A DNA stretch of 64,000 bases from Thermoplasmata archaeon (GCA_027365105.1 DAHXNZ010000001.1:35290-99289); one strand, 5' to 3'. Counted from the first letter of the stretch, positions 39,904 through 50,223 are shown. The notes: generated by a model from the letters alone, not told the origin. Numbers and translations: made by a program.

Positions 39904-40829
39904 GCGGCCGAACGCCCCCGGACGCCGTGCTGCTGCTCGGCTATGGGAGCCCCCAGAGTGCGGAGGATCTGCCGGGGTATCTGGCGGAGGTCCTGCACGG
40001 GCGGACGCCGAGCCCCGAGATGGTGGCCGACTACGTCGCCCGGTACGCCCGGATCGGCGGCTCCCCGCAGCCCCGCATCCTGCGGTCGATCCGGGAGAAG
40101 CTCGAACGGCGTCTGGCGTCGGAGGGCCGGCCGCTGCCCGTCTACCTCGCCACGAAGCACTGGCACCCCAGCATCGCGGAGGTGCTGCCGCGCGCGGTTT
40201 CCGAGGGCCACCGGTCGTTCGTCGCGGTGCCGGTCTCCCCCTATGCCTCGACCTGGATCACCGAGCCCTACCGGGCCGGAATTGCCGAGGGCCTCCGGGC
40301 GGTTCCCGCGGGGGTCCAGGTCGACCTCCAGGTCGGATGGCACCTCGACCCCGACTGGATCGGCTACTGGGCTGACGCCGTGCGCTCCGAGCTCGACCGC
40401 CTGAACGATCCGACCGCGTGGACCCACCTCTCTGCCCACAGCCTCCCTCAGCGGTTCCTCGACCGGGGCGACCCCTACCCCGGGCTCCTCGACGCGACCG
40501 CCCGGAAAATCGCCGACGCCGCGGGGCTCTCCCGCTGGTCGTTCAGCTTCCAGAGCCCGGGCAACACCACCGAACCGTGGCTGGGGCCGGCGATCGAGGA
40601 TCAGATGCTGGCTGCCCGGGAGAAGGCGGGGGCCGGCCCCCAGCTGATCGCCTCGTTCGGCTTCGTCTTCGACCATCTCGAGGTGCTCTACGACCTCGAC
40701 GTGGTGGTCCGGGAGTTCGCCCAGTCCCGGGGCCTCGACTACCATCGGGTCCCGATGCCCAACGACGACGACCGGGTCGTCGCGGCGCTGGCGCGTACGG
40801 CGGGGCGCGGGTTCCCGCCCCGCCCCTAG
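39900..40829 (+). CDS. hemH: ferrochelatase (coproporphyrin ferrochelatase type)
   Basis: LLGYGSP, Y..IGGSP, KHWHP, SAHSLP, GDPY, FQS..T.EPWLGP, GFVFDHLEVLYDLD. Confidence 0.93.
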   Translation: MSGRTPPDAVLLLGYGSPQSAEDLPGYLAEVLHGRTPSPEMVADYVARYARIGGSPQPRILRSIREKLERRLASEGRPLPVYLATKHWHPSIAEVLPRAVSEGHRSFVAVPVSPYASTWITEPYRAGIAEGLRAVPAGVQVDLQVGWHLDPDWIGYWADAVRSELDRLNDPTAWTHLSAHSLPQRFLDRGDPYPGLLDATARKIADAAGLSRWSFSFQSPGNTTEPWLGPAIEDQMLAAREKAGAGPQLIASFGFVFDHLEVLYDLDVVVREFAQSRGLDYHRVPMPNDDDRVVAALARTAGRGFPPRP

Positions 40830-42550
40830 CGGTTCGGCGGCGGGGCCTCTTCGAGCGGTTCCGGGGAGGGGCTGTCGATCGCCGGAAGTTCGGCGATGCC
40901 CGAGAAGGTCTCGGGCAGCTCGGTCTGCCGGAGCCGGGCCGCTTGGAGGGGCGGGATCGACTCGATCTCCGGGTGGGATCGCCGCCAGCAGATCCGGGCG
41001 ATCCGATCGATCCAGGCCCCCCGGAGCCCGACGGAACCGGCGAGCGTCCGCACGTCGTCCTGGGAGAACTCTCCGAGGAGGGCCAGGACGAGGAAGTAGA
41101 CCAGGAACCCCATCCCGACCCCGAAGAGCAGCTGGTAGTAGCGGTTGATCGGGAGGACGTCGTTGATCTGGGAGATCGCGAAGAAGGAGGCGGCGGCACT
41201 CAGCCCGATCGTGCCGATCGGCCGGAGCCGGATCCGCACCGCCATGATGCTCCAGAGGAAGTAGGCGTTGATCGCGAGCGCCATGATCGACGAGGCGAAG
41301 ACCGCGAGGGCCGCCGAGGTGAGGCCGTCGGACGCCGGAAGGACCGAGACCGGCGGCATCAGGAGGAAGGCGGTGCCGAAGAGGGCGGCGGTCTGAAACG
41401 CGGTGATATAGAGCTCGAGCCGTCGGTACCCGACGGCCGTGAGCGCCGTGAAGATGATCGTGCTGAGCGACGCCGGAATCACGCTCAGGACCAGGATCGC
41501 GAGCGGAGTGGCCCCGGAGAGATAGCTCGCATTCGCCAGGATATAGAGGAAATTGACGCGGTAGATCGCGAGCGCGAGGACGCCGGGCACGACGATCATG
41601 GCCGTGAAGCGCAGGGTCCGCCAGGTGCTGGCCCGCACCTGATCGTACGCCGCCTTCTTGTGGAGCCCGGAGAGGAGCGGGAAGAGCGGGGTCGACACGG
41701 CGGCCGCAAAGCTGAGGGCAAGGATGCGGAACCCGTTCGCCGCGTTGAAGATGTTGAGCTGCTCGACGCCGAGGATCCCGCTCACGATGAACGGGATCGA
41801 GTTCGTGACCAGGTAGGCGAGGGCGAGGCTCCCCATCAGCGGCCAGGCAAACCGGAACATCTCGACCGCTTCCGGCTTCCGGAACCGCTTCAACTTCGGC
41901 AGCAGGGCCGGCAGGCAGAACGCGGCCCCGGCGATCGCCCCGAGGGCGTAGGCGAACGTGATCCCCCCGATCGTCGGCAGGAGGAGCGCCGCGACGATCA
42001 GGAGCGGGGTGCGCACCAGCGACTCGATCAGCAGAGGCGACTGGGCCTTGACCGAGTTGCCCAGCGCGATGTGCATCTGATTGTAGACCGCCTCGACCGA
42101 CCAGAGGAACGGCAGCAGCAGGAAGATCCCGAGGATGGTGAGGACCGGCCCGGTCGCCAGCTGGTGGCCGAAGATCGGGACGGGAGCGATCCCGAAGAGG
42201 ATCGCGCTCGCCCCCCCGACCATGAGCAGCCGCAGGAGGAAGTACGTGCCGGTCGAGATCCGGGGATCCTTCCCGCGGGCGACGAAGTAGGTGTAGGCCG
42301 ATCCGATCCTGAGGTCGGCGACCCCGTTGATCGAGGAGCCGATCAGAAGAAAGAGCTGGACCGTACCGAGCAGGGCCCGCCCGTCGTTGGAGATCCCGAC
42401 GTACTTGTACAGAAAGAGGCTCGCGACGAACCCGATGAGCTGGGTCAGGACGCTGGCGATGAAGACCCCGGCCGAGTTGATCGTCAGCGAGTGCTGGGCC
42501 ACCGGTACGGGACCCTCCGATGCCTGGGCCCCGGGATCTGACCGCGCCAC
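40826..42550 (-). CDS. oligosaccharide flippase (Wzx/MOP superfamily)
   Basis: about 14 TM segments, FRFAWPL, LFPLLS, typical MOP topology. Confidence 0.8.
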   Translation of the reverse strand: MARSDPGAQASEGPVPVAQHSLTINSAGVFIASVLTQLIGFVASLFLYKYVGISNDGRALLGTVQLFLLIGSSINGVADLRIGSAYTYFVARGKDPRISTGTYFLLRLLMVGGASAILFGIAPVPIFGHQLATGPVLTILGIFLLLPFLWSVEAVYNQMHIALGNSVKAQSPLLIESLVRTPLLIVAALLLPTIGGITFAYALGAIAGAAFCLPALLPKLKRFRKPEAVEMFRFAWPLMGSLALAYLVTNSIPFIVSGILGVEQLNIFNAANGFRILALSFAAAVSTPLFPLLSGLHKKAAYDQVRASTWRTLRFTAMIVVPGVLALAIYRVNFLYILANASYLSGATPLAILVLSVIPASLSTIIFTALTAVGYRRLELYITAFQTAALFGTAFLLMPPVSVLPASDGLTSAALAVFASSIMALAINAYFLWSIMAVRIRLRPIGTIGLSAAASFFAISQINDVLPINRYYQLLFGVGMGFLVYFLVLALLGEFSQDDVRTLAGSVGLRGAWIDRIARICWRRSHPEIESIPPLQAARLRQTELPETFSGIAELPAIDSPSPEPLEEAPPPNR

Positions 42551-42617
42551 GCCTGCCCGCCAACCCCACGCCGGGAGGCGGCCCCCTCTTCTTATCTCCG
42601 TCGTTGGAGGGCGCCGG

Positions 42618-43022
42618 TCAACCGACGGCTTGGGAGGTGGGGGGGTCGTCGCCGCCCGGCTCCCCTTCGAGAAGCTCGATCCAGACCCCGTCGGGATCGG
42701 AGAGGAAGGCGATCCTCAGTGGGCCCTCCTTGAAGGGAGGGATCCGGAGTCTCGCCCCGAGAGCGGTCAGCCGGGGGATGAGGGCGTCCATCCCGCGAAT
42801 CCGGAATCCGAGGTGATCGAGCTCGTCGCCTTCCCGGTACGGGGGGCTGTCGGGATAGAAGTTGAGCTCCAGGATCGCCCCCGACTCGGGATCCTTGAGC
42901 CACTGCCAGACCCCGCCGGATGCCATCCGCCCGGTCGGTCCGACCGTCAGTCCGAGCCCCCGGGTGTAGAAGACCCGGGCCCGTTCGAGATCCCGCACCC
43001 GGATCCCGGTATACTTCAGCAT
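42618..43022 (-). CDS. VOC/glyoxalase family protein
   Basis: YTGIRVRDLERARVFY..GLG, LELNFY, LDHLGF, DPDGVWIEL. Confidence 0.9.
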   Translation of the reverse strand: MLKYTGIRVRDLERARVFYTRGLGLTVGPTGRMASGGVWQWLKDPESGAILELNFYPDSPPYREGDELDHLGFRIRGMDALIPRLTALGARLRIPPFKEGPLRIAFLSDPDGVWIELLEGEPGGDDPPTSQAVG

Positions 43023-43122
43023 CGACCCCACGAAGGGGACGTCTATTTCCCGTTTCCGCCCGGACTAGATCTGGACATCGCGCCGTTAGATTCATCTACT
43101 CGGCCCCTCCCCGTCCCTTCCC

Positions 43123-43710
43123 ATGGGATCGACGCTCCCGGCCCCGAACCACCGCCCCTTCCCCTGGCGGACGGCGTTCTTCGGGTTGGTGGCCGCTCTG
43201 GTCGTGCTCGTCCTCGTCAGCCAGGCCAGCGCGTTGGGATTCCAACCCGGATCGGTCTCCCAGACCGCCAACTGGTACCAGGTGAACTTTCCCGGCACTC
43301 CGGCGTTCCCGACCTTCCCGACGGTCGCTCCGAAGCTGCCCGCCGCCGCGGCCACCACCTGCACCTCCGGAACGCAGACCGTCGCCAGCGGAAGCACCTC
43401 GACGTTTTACCTGAACGCGACCAGCCCGACGAGCACGGTCTGCGGGAGTTCCACGCTCAAGACATTCTATATCGACGTGGCGCTGACGACGAGCGCCAAG
43501 GCCGCGGCCGGAACCTACACCGTGACCTTCACGGGTCGCTACACCCCCTTCGGATCGACCTCGTCATCCCCGTATTCGGTCACCCTGACCCTCACGTGGA
43601 CCTCCACGTTCACCTCGTCCGCGAAGATCAACATCTACCTCGACTTCGGGGTCGCCAAGAACGCCGCCAGCGAACCCACGGTTTCCCTCGTCAACGCGCA
43701 GATCAGCTGA
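43123..43710 (+). CDS. secreted Ser/Thr-rich protein, paralog 1
   Basis: signal peptide; FQPGSVSQ, two Cys, IYLDFG. Confidence 0.8.
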   Translation: MGSTLPAPNHRPFPWRTAFFGLVAALVVLVLVSQASALGFQPGSVSQTANWYQVNFPGTPAFPTFPTVAPKLPAAAATTCTSGTQTVASGSTSTFYLNATSPTSTVCGSSTLKTFYIDVALTTSAKAAAGTYTVTFTGRYTPFGSTSSSPYSVTLTLTWTSTFTSSAKINIYLDFGVAKNAASEPTVSLVNAQIS

Positions 43711-43920
43711 TCCCGCCGCGATCCTGAGCCGTCGCGTTTGGGAGGGGTTTCATGCCGTACAAGCATCCAACCCGGGGATGTACGCCCGGCGGCGCCCGGG
43801 CCCCTTGATCTCGGCCATGCTCAAGGCCCGGTCCCCGCCTCTACAGACCGGGCATCCGCATGGGAGGACGTCACACGGGACGAATATGTCTTTATACTCG
43901 ACGTGACCAAAACAAAACCC

Positions 43921-44538
43921 ATGGCGGTTGCGCGGCACTCTCGGCAGAGGCTTCGGTTCCTCATGTGGGCCGTCCCGACGGTGGTGATCGTGACCGCGAT
44001 GATCGGGACCGCGGTCGCCTCCGGCTTCGTCCCAATCTCCGTTTCTCAACTCGCGTCCTGGTACCAGGTCTCGACCCAGAATCCCTCCGATTGGCCGAAC
44101 GCTCCCACCGTTCAATTGGCAACCAACAACATCACCGCAACGGGGAGCACATCCTGTACCGCTTTGTCCGGTGGAACGGTGGTTGGCTCCCCGTTCAGCG
44201 GCGGTAGTTTCTACTGGGTCTTCAATGCCACCCAGACAACCAGTAGCACCGGCACGACGGGGACCCACTGCTACCCGGGCGATTTCGCGGAGGAGTTCAT
44301 TATTGTCTCCAACAGCACCCTACCGGTCGCCCACACCGTCACCATCACCATCCTCGACGCGTACGCCCCCGGAGCGAGCCCCACCACCTACATCTCGGGC
44401 TCGACGGTCTTCTCTTTCGGCACCACCACGAATGCGCCCACCTTCACCTTGCACATCTACATCGACTTTGGGACCCAGGGCGCCAGCCCGCCTCTCAACG
44501 GCATCGCCACGCTGAGCGTGCTGCTGGATGAGCATTAG
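43921..44538 (+). CDS. secreted Ser/Thr-rich protein, paralog 2
   Basis: TTTATA box at 43891-43896 supports ATG 43921; FVPISVSQ, two Cys, IYIDFG. Confidence 0.8.
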   Translation: MAVARHSRQRLRFLMWAVPTVVIVTAMIGTAVASGFVPISVSQLASWYQVSTQNPSDWPNAPTVQLATNNITATGSTSCTALSGGTVVGSPFSGGSFYWVFNATQTTSSTGTTGTHCYPGDFAEEFIIVSNSTLPVAHTVTITILDAYAPGASPTTYISGSTVFSFGTTTNAPTFTLHIYIDFGTQGASPPLNGIATLSVLLDEH

Positions 44539-44602
44539 GGGTTAGGCGGGCGCCTGAACGACCGGGCCAGGCCTGCCGGTGGCGGAGACGAGATTCCCGA
44601 GT

Positions 44603-45322
44603 TCAATCGGCTGCCGGGGTCTCCTCGCCTTGAGCGTCGGGTCCTTCGCGACCGCCCGGACGGAGGTCGTACCGGGCCCACAGGATCACCAGGACCAGGA
44701 GGGCTCCGGCAGCCAGCAGCAGGATCCAACCCGGCCCGGGGCCCCACTGGGTCCCGACCCCTCCCGACTGGACGGAGCCCGCGAAGGAGGCCCAGGGCCC
44801 CGGCCCGCTCCCGGAGTTGGGGAAGGCCAGACGATCGGCGTTGACGTCCCGGGGAAGGAAGAAGAAGGTAAGCACCAGGGGTAGCAGCAGGGCCACCGCC
44901 CCGACGACGCCCGCGAACCACTCGCCCCGGTGGGCACGAGGGGAGTCGGAAGCCACCCGAACCCCATCGACCACCAGCGCCCCGCCCAGGGCGACGATTC
45001 CGGCCAACCAGAGGGAGGCCGACAGCAGCATGAGACTGCCGACATGCGGCATCCGCCCTGAACTGTAGGATTGCGTGAGAGAGGAGTTGATGCATTGGAT
45101 CGGGCCGGAACACCGGGTACTGTTCTGGAAATTGTTCCCCAACAGGTAGTGCCAGGCCATGTGCTGGGAGATCGAACCGGCCGAGACCGAGGCCGTGATG
45201 GTATAGATCGGGAACACGAGGGCCAGCACGGCCATGACAATGGCCAGGATGTACCACGGCCCTCGGCCCCGTAGCCATCGATGGCCGAAGCTCCGCATCT
45301 CCTCGGGTCCCCGAAGACCCAT
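44603..45322 (-). CDS. 4-TM membrane protein
   Basis: four hydrophobic segments, Cys pair in loop 1, WGPGPGW before the last TM; start uncertain. Confidence 0.7.
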   Translation of the reverse strand: MGLRGPEEMRSFGHRWLRGRGPWYILAIVMAVLALVFPIYTITASVSAGSISQHMAWHYLLGNNFQNSTRCSGPIQCINSSLTQSYSSGRMPHVGSLMLLSASLWLAGIVALGGALVVDGVRVASDSPRAHRGEWFAGVVGAVALLLPLVLTFFFLPRDVNADRLAFPNSGSGPGPWASFAGSVQSGGVGTQWGPGPGWILLLAAGALLVLVILWARYDLRPGGREGPDAQGEETPAAD

Positions 45323-45599
45323 GCGCTCGGACCTTATGCCTGTTCGGACAACGGCCATCTCGGAACCCCGCCAGTCGCCGGGGTGGGCCAGAAGATCCTC
45401 CAGAGCATTGGCGAGCCCCGAACCGTGCTCGAAGGGTTCGCAGGGTCCCTGGCCTTCAACAGATCCCCCGGCCCGGTTCACTTCGGGCCCACCTTCTCAC
45501 TCGGGCAGGGGGCTCCCAAGCTGTTAGGAGGAGCTGGATGGCGATCGTGAAAAGTCCCTGATTGTAGCGCCGACCCTCTAAGCAGGGTCCCCGCCGAAG

Positions 45600-46457
45600 G
45601 GAACCGGCGCGCCCCGAAAGGAGCCACGGTCGACGTGCCTACCGGCCTCTTTACCGTCGGTCAGATGGCGATTTCGGCGAGCCTGCCCCCGGACAGAACT
45701 GGAGGGACGACCTGCCGATATTGATCGGCGGCAGGTGAGGAATGAGAGCGGAAAAGCCCGGTAGCCCTCCCCGGCACGCTCTGCAGGTTCCGCACCGCCT
45801 CCTGGCCAACTCCGATATTCGCCAGGTCGTCGGTGAGGATCTCCACCTGGCACTTATAGAGCGCCCCCTCCTCGAGCAGAAGCGCCATCCGCTGCTGCTC
45901 CGATTGGTTCCGTGAACTCGACACTCTTCAACCACCGCAGCGCCTGCGCGCCAGACAGGTCGTCGTACTTGGTCGCCTCGCGGTTGAGGTGGTGACCGAC
46001 CAGCAGGCCTCTCAGCTGGTTCGTGGTCCGCCGGAACTTGTCGACCTGCTCCTCGCGCATCCGCACCACGTCGCGCAGACGCTCGATCTCCTCGGAGGGG
46101 AGGTAGGCCCTCGGGAAGTAGTCGAGTCGCACGAGGTGGGCGAGCGTCCGGGCCTCATTGCGGTCGGTCTTGGTCTCGGAGGCGGTGATCGCCCTCAGCG
46201 CGCGGGGATGGGCCATCCAGATTTCCCAGCCCCCATCCCGCAGCTGGCGGGCTACCGCGTTCCCCGCGGTCGACGCTTCGAGGCCGACCGGGACCTTCCG
46301 AGCTCCGAGCCGCCTCCACTCGCGCGCCTTGAGGTCGAGTCCGTCGGAGTCGGTGCGCACCTAAGCCCTCGCCGACCACGGCCCCCGCGACATCCGCGGG
46401 ACACCAGGCGCATTTGCCCTGGTGGACATTGATCCCGACGTAGTGGTCCCCGCCCAT
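45600..46457 (-). pseudogene. IS110-family transposase pseudogene
   Basis: YVGINVH (normally GIDxH), LEAST, KTDRNEARTLA, AYLP...LRD.VR.R, LQSVPG; split over at least 3 frames, C-terminus lost. Confidence 0.85.
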
Positions 46458-47071
46458 CGTCTCAACTCCCCGTCGTCACGTTCATCTGTCTCCGCATGCT
46501 CTCCCTCGCCTGGCCACGGGTCCCGGCGGGAGGGGCGAGCCGAAGAGCTCTCCAAGCTCCTCGACAGGTGTCCGCGCTCAGGGGAGTGCGTTCCCAGAAT
46601 CTCTCGCCGGTGAGCGGCGCCCAGTCTTGGGTACGAGCTCCTGTCAAGGGGCCCAAAGAGTGTACCGGGCGCCGCGGACTCGGGGCCATACCCCAGCCAG
46701 AGGGCGAGCCCATTGACGATGAACTACCTCGCACCCTTGGTTCTTTGACCCGGCTCCGTGCCCCAACAGCCGCCTGTCCCTACTGGCCGGCCGATGAGGT
46801 CCATTGCGCTGACGGACCCGCCGTCCGTGCGACGACATTGAAGGCCGTGTCCGGGGTCGCAGTCCGTTCGATCACCCGGCCCTTTTCAGGACCCGGGGAG
46901 CACATCACAGGAGATGACACCCTCTGCGTCTGCCAGTTGGGATCCGAAGTCATGCATGATGACCCCCCATCGGGACCGTTCGATGGCACGGACTCAAGTC
47001 GTAGGGCCGGTTCCGAGGGAGGTGCCGGCGGAAACCCGGGTCGGTTCGCCGCAACACGGATTAGTTACGAT

Positions 47072-47127
47072 TATTAAGCTTAATATGGACGTGTCAAACC
47101 CAGACACTGATGGGTCGAATATAAATA
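47072..47127 (+). promoter_or_regulatory. palindromic operator plus TATA box upstream of paralog 3
   Basis: perfect 14-bp palindrome TATTAAGCTTAATA at 47072-47085; AATATAAATA at 47118-47127. Confidence 0.55.
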
Positions 47128-47157
47128 CTGGAACAAACCAGCGGTGCTCGAGCATCC

Positions 47158-47748
47158 ATGCGGAAAACACATCGGCTCGCCTCAAGGAATCCTGCCCGAC
47201 TGTGGTTCGTTGCGACTGTGGTTGCCATGATAGGCATCACCATCGGCGCCGTATTTGCCGCAAGCGCCTTGGTCCCGCACACAGTCAGCCAGCAGACGTC
47301 GGGCTTCCAGAGTAAATTTGTGGACGTACCGGCCTTTAATTCCAGTTCCGCCGCTTTGTCAGCGGCCTTCGCCCCGTCCGGGAGCACCAGTTGCACCACC
47401 CCGGGAACTTCGAGCGCCCCAATCGCCATCGGAACGACAGCCATTGTAAACTATTACAACGGCACGGCGAGCACCGGAAAGTGCCATGCTGGCAATTTCA
47501 GCGAGGTGTTCAACGTCACCACCGTGGCCGGTGTGGCCGGTTCCTGGAACTTCACATTCTTAATCAACGTGAGCTCTTCAAGCAGTGGGTCTCCGGCCCA
47601 GCCGGTGTATACGGTGTACACGTTTTCGACCGTCTACTCGACATCATCATCTACCACCAAGGTCGACCTCACCATTTACCTGGAGTTTGGAACCTTCATC
47701 CCGGCGAATGGAATCCAGTCCATCAACCTCCTGGTGAGCCCGGCTTAA
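47158..47748 (+). CDS. secreted Ser/Thr-rich protein, paralog 3
   Basis: signal peptide; LVPHTVSQ, GSTSC, CHAGNFSEVF, IYLEFG. Confidence 0.8.
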   Translation: MRKTHRLASRNPARLWFVATVVAMIGITIGAVFAASALVPHTVSQQTSGFQSKFVDVPAFNSSSAALSAAFAPSGSTSCTTPGTSSAPIAIGTTAIVNYYNGTASTGKCHAGNFSEVFNVTTVAGVAGSWNFTFLINVSSSSSGSPAQPVYTVYTFSTVYSTSSSTTKVDLTIYLEFGTFIPANGIQSINLLVSPA

Positions 47749-47843
47749 GCCGGGTTTCTTGTCCATCAGCGGACCGGATTTCGGTCGGACGGTTGGACCG
47801 CCGGTGCCCGATGTTCGGGACTTGGGTCCGTCTCGGGGGCCCC

Positions 47844-48143
47844 ATGGAAGGTCATGGGCGGCCGATCCCGGCCGTCAAAAGGGACCGGCTGACCTTCGGC
47901 GCGGCACTGGAGCGCTTCGTCCGGGTGGCGCCTGTGTCCACCTTGGCACTCCTTGGGGCCGGCCTGGTCCTCTCCGGGCTGACAGTCCTGACCTGGATTT
48001 GGAGAACCCCATTCGGATTCTCGAGTTTTCCGGTCTGGGTCATCTTTGCCATTAACGCCGGCGTGTCGCTGGCGGGGGGCCTGATGCAGATGGCGGGGTC
48101 GGGTCCTCGGGTTAGGGCTCGAGCGAGACGGGCCGGCCGTTGA
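47844..48143 (+). CDS. small 2-TM membrane protein
   Basis: two hydrophobic segments, basic C-terminus. Confidence 0.55.
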   Translation: MEGHGRPIPAVKRDRLTFGAALERFVRVAPVSTLALLGAGLVLSGLTVLTWIWRTPFGFSSFPVWVIFAINAGVSLAGGLMQMAGSGPRVRARARRAGR

Positions 48144-49209
48144 CGACCGCAGGCGGGTTCCAGCGGCTGCGGGCGAGCCCCACCAAAAGAGCCGTGACCG
48201 CGCCGATGAGCCCGCCGATAAGGGTGTCGACCACCCGATCGATAGCCACGGTGATCCCGGCCGGGGCCAGCAGGTTGAGCAGTACGACGACAAACGGGGT
48301 CAGGAACAAGGCATAGAGAAGATAGTTGGCCCTTTGCATGACGATCGCCGCACTGATGAACACCCCGAGTATCGGAAGACTGAACGAGGCCGGCAGGAGC
48401 AGGGAGGTGATGATTCCACCCAGCCCAGCGCCCAGAATCGTTCCCGTGATCCGAGATCCCATCCGCTCCAGTGTGGCGTTCAGCGAGGATCGCATCACGA
48501 CGATGATGGTGAGGAGAACCCAGTAATCTCGGGGAAGCCCCAGGACGACCCCGACCAGCAACCCGATCGAAACCGCCGCACCCGTCGCAACCGCGGAGGC
48601 CCACTGGGACCGGGTGATCGCTCCGGTCAAGGCCTCCCCCCCGGCGTCTGGAGGCGGGAAGGAGGCGGGCCGGACGCGACGCCAGCGGGTCGCGATCGCC
48701 ACCAGTACGAGAGCCCAGGCGCCCCCCAGAAGGAACAAGGCGAAGACGACCGAAAGGGAGGGGGATCCGCTACTGCGGAGGCCCAGACCGATGACAAAAC
48801 AGGCCGACACAACGATCATCAACTCCGGGAGCGCCGCCCGGTAGCTCATCACCTCGATACCCAGGATCGCGACGCCAGAGAGAGGTACCGCCCAAAAGAC
48901 GGGGGCCATCCCGAGTCCCGCCCCCGCGGTGAACGCGAGCGCGTTCAGGATCGCGGCGAGGCCCAGCACTTTCCACCACCGACCGGGATCGGCGGTCAGC
49001 AGGACCAGCAGCACGTTGAGGGCGCCGATCGACGCCAGGACCGACTCCCCCAGCTCGCCGAGGAGGACTCCAACGCCCAGCGGTAGGACAATCCAGGCCC
49101 CCACCGCAACGGCGGGTCCGACGGAAATCAACTCCCGACGAATCGAGAGGGATGGGAGGAGGCTCCGGAGACCGACACCACCAGGTCGGTGAGGGGACGC
49201 CGGTTCCAT
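48112..49209 (-). CDS. FUSC-family membrane protein
   Basis: YWVLLTIIVVMR....T..R...RITGTILG and RVVDTLIG motifs; ATG 49209. Confidence 0.85.
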   Translation of the reverse strand: MEPASPHRPGGVGLRSLLPSLSIRRELISVGPAVAVGAWIVLPLGVGVLLGELGESVLASIGALNVLLVLLTADPGRWWKVLGLAAILNALAFTAGAGLGMAPVFWAVPLSGVAILGIEVMSYRAALPELMIVVSACFVIGLGLRSSGSPSLSVVFALFLLGGAWALVLVAIATRWRRVRPASFPPPDAGGEALTGAITRSQWASAVATGAAVSIGLLVGVVLGLPRDYWVLLTIIVVMRSSLNATLERMGSRITGTILGAGLGGIITSLLLPASFSLPILGVFISAAIVMQRANYLLYALFLTPFVVVLLNLLAPAGITVAIDRVVDTLIGGLIGAVTALLVGLARSRWNPPAVVNGRPVSLEP

Positions 49210-49771
49210 CGCGTCCTCAATCCCGCCCGGGTGATAGCCCCTTGCGCGGAGCCACGGGTCTACCCGGCCTGGTTCTCGCCATCCAATCACCCATGGTGAC
49301 CGACGGAGCCGTGGTCGGGAACGCGGCGTCGGGAACCCCCGGGCCTTACTCGGACCCCGCGGATCAGGGCGACCCCGGCGGTCCCGAGATGAAGACAGAG
49401 GGGGGCTGCACCTCACCGGCACGCCCGGTAGAACGCCCGGCGCTGGCCTCTGCTCGATCGGCGCTCTCGACCTGCGGGACCACCGGGAACGCGGCCTTCT
49501 TTCTGCCCTCGACCTGGGGCGTCCTCGGATCGCCTCCCCAACCGAGGCTCGGGTCAACCCCTGGGCGGGTGGATCACGGTGAGGAGGATCGAACGCGGCA
49601 GCGCATATTTTCCGTCACCATGGGGAACCCTCTCGGCCCGTCAGTCCTTGGCGATCCTCCCCTCCGACCGAAGGGAGGGTGGGAAGGGGTGGGAGCACGG
49701 GGGTTCAGGGAACACCCGTGGCAAGCCTGTGCCCTCCCCTGCTGGATTTGGCCGTGTGGGGGCGTGGCTAG

Positions 49772-49981
49772 ATGGCAGCCGCGTCTCGATCCATCGAGCG
49801 TCAGCGTGTAACTGGCTCGCTGACTGATCAGGCCCGGGAGAATCTGGAGGCTCAATGGCTCGGTCTTAATCGACGGCCGTCGGACTTCCCCATCCTGTGG
49901 GACCTCTACTGGCGCGTTCTCGGCCCGCTAGCGCCAGTACCCACAGACATCCACGTCCTCGAGGAGGTGCTCCTGAGATGA
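49772..49981 (+). CDS. hypothetical protein (69 aa)
   Basis: ATGA overlap with the next ORF; protein-like composition. Confidence 0.5.
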   Translation: MAAASRSIERQRVTGSLTDQARENLEAQWLGLNRRPSDFPILWDLYWRVLGPLAPVPTDIHVLEEVLLR

Positions 49982-50223
49982 GGGCCTCACTGTCGCCCCG
50001 GATCCACGCACGAGAGGAGCGGGCACTCCCGTTAGGTCAGGCAGATGCGCGAAAGGTAACTCCGGCCCCATCAGGGATCTGTCTGACGCCCGCCATTACA
50101 GCCCTTTGCGGGTCGTGTCACTCGAGAATCCGCGTCAACGAGATACTGGGGATCTCGTTCTGCGAGATCCACGGTCTCGGCGTTGCATTCGCATTCCCCA
50201 GTTTGGCTATTCGGGGGGCCTAA
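49978..50223 (+). CDS. small zinc-finger protein
   Basis: CGSC...FCEIHG (CxxC-x-CxxH). Confidence 0.55.
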   Translation: MRASLSPRIHAREERALPLGQADARKVTPAPSGICLTPAITALCGSCHSRIRVNEILGISFCEIHGLGVAFAFPSLAIRGA

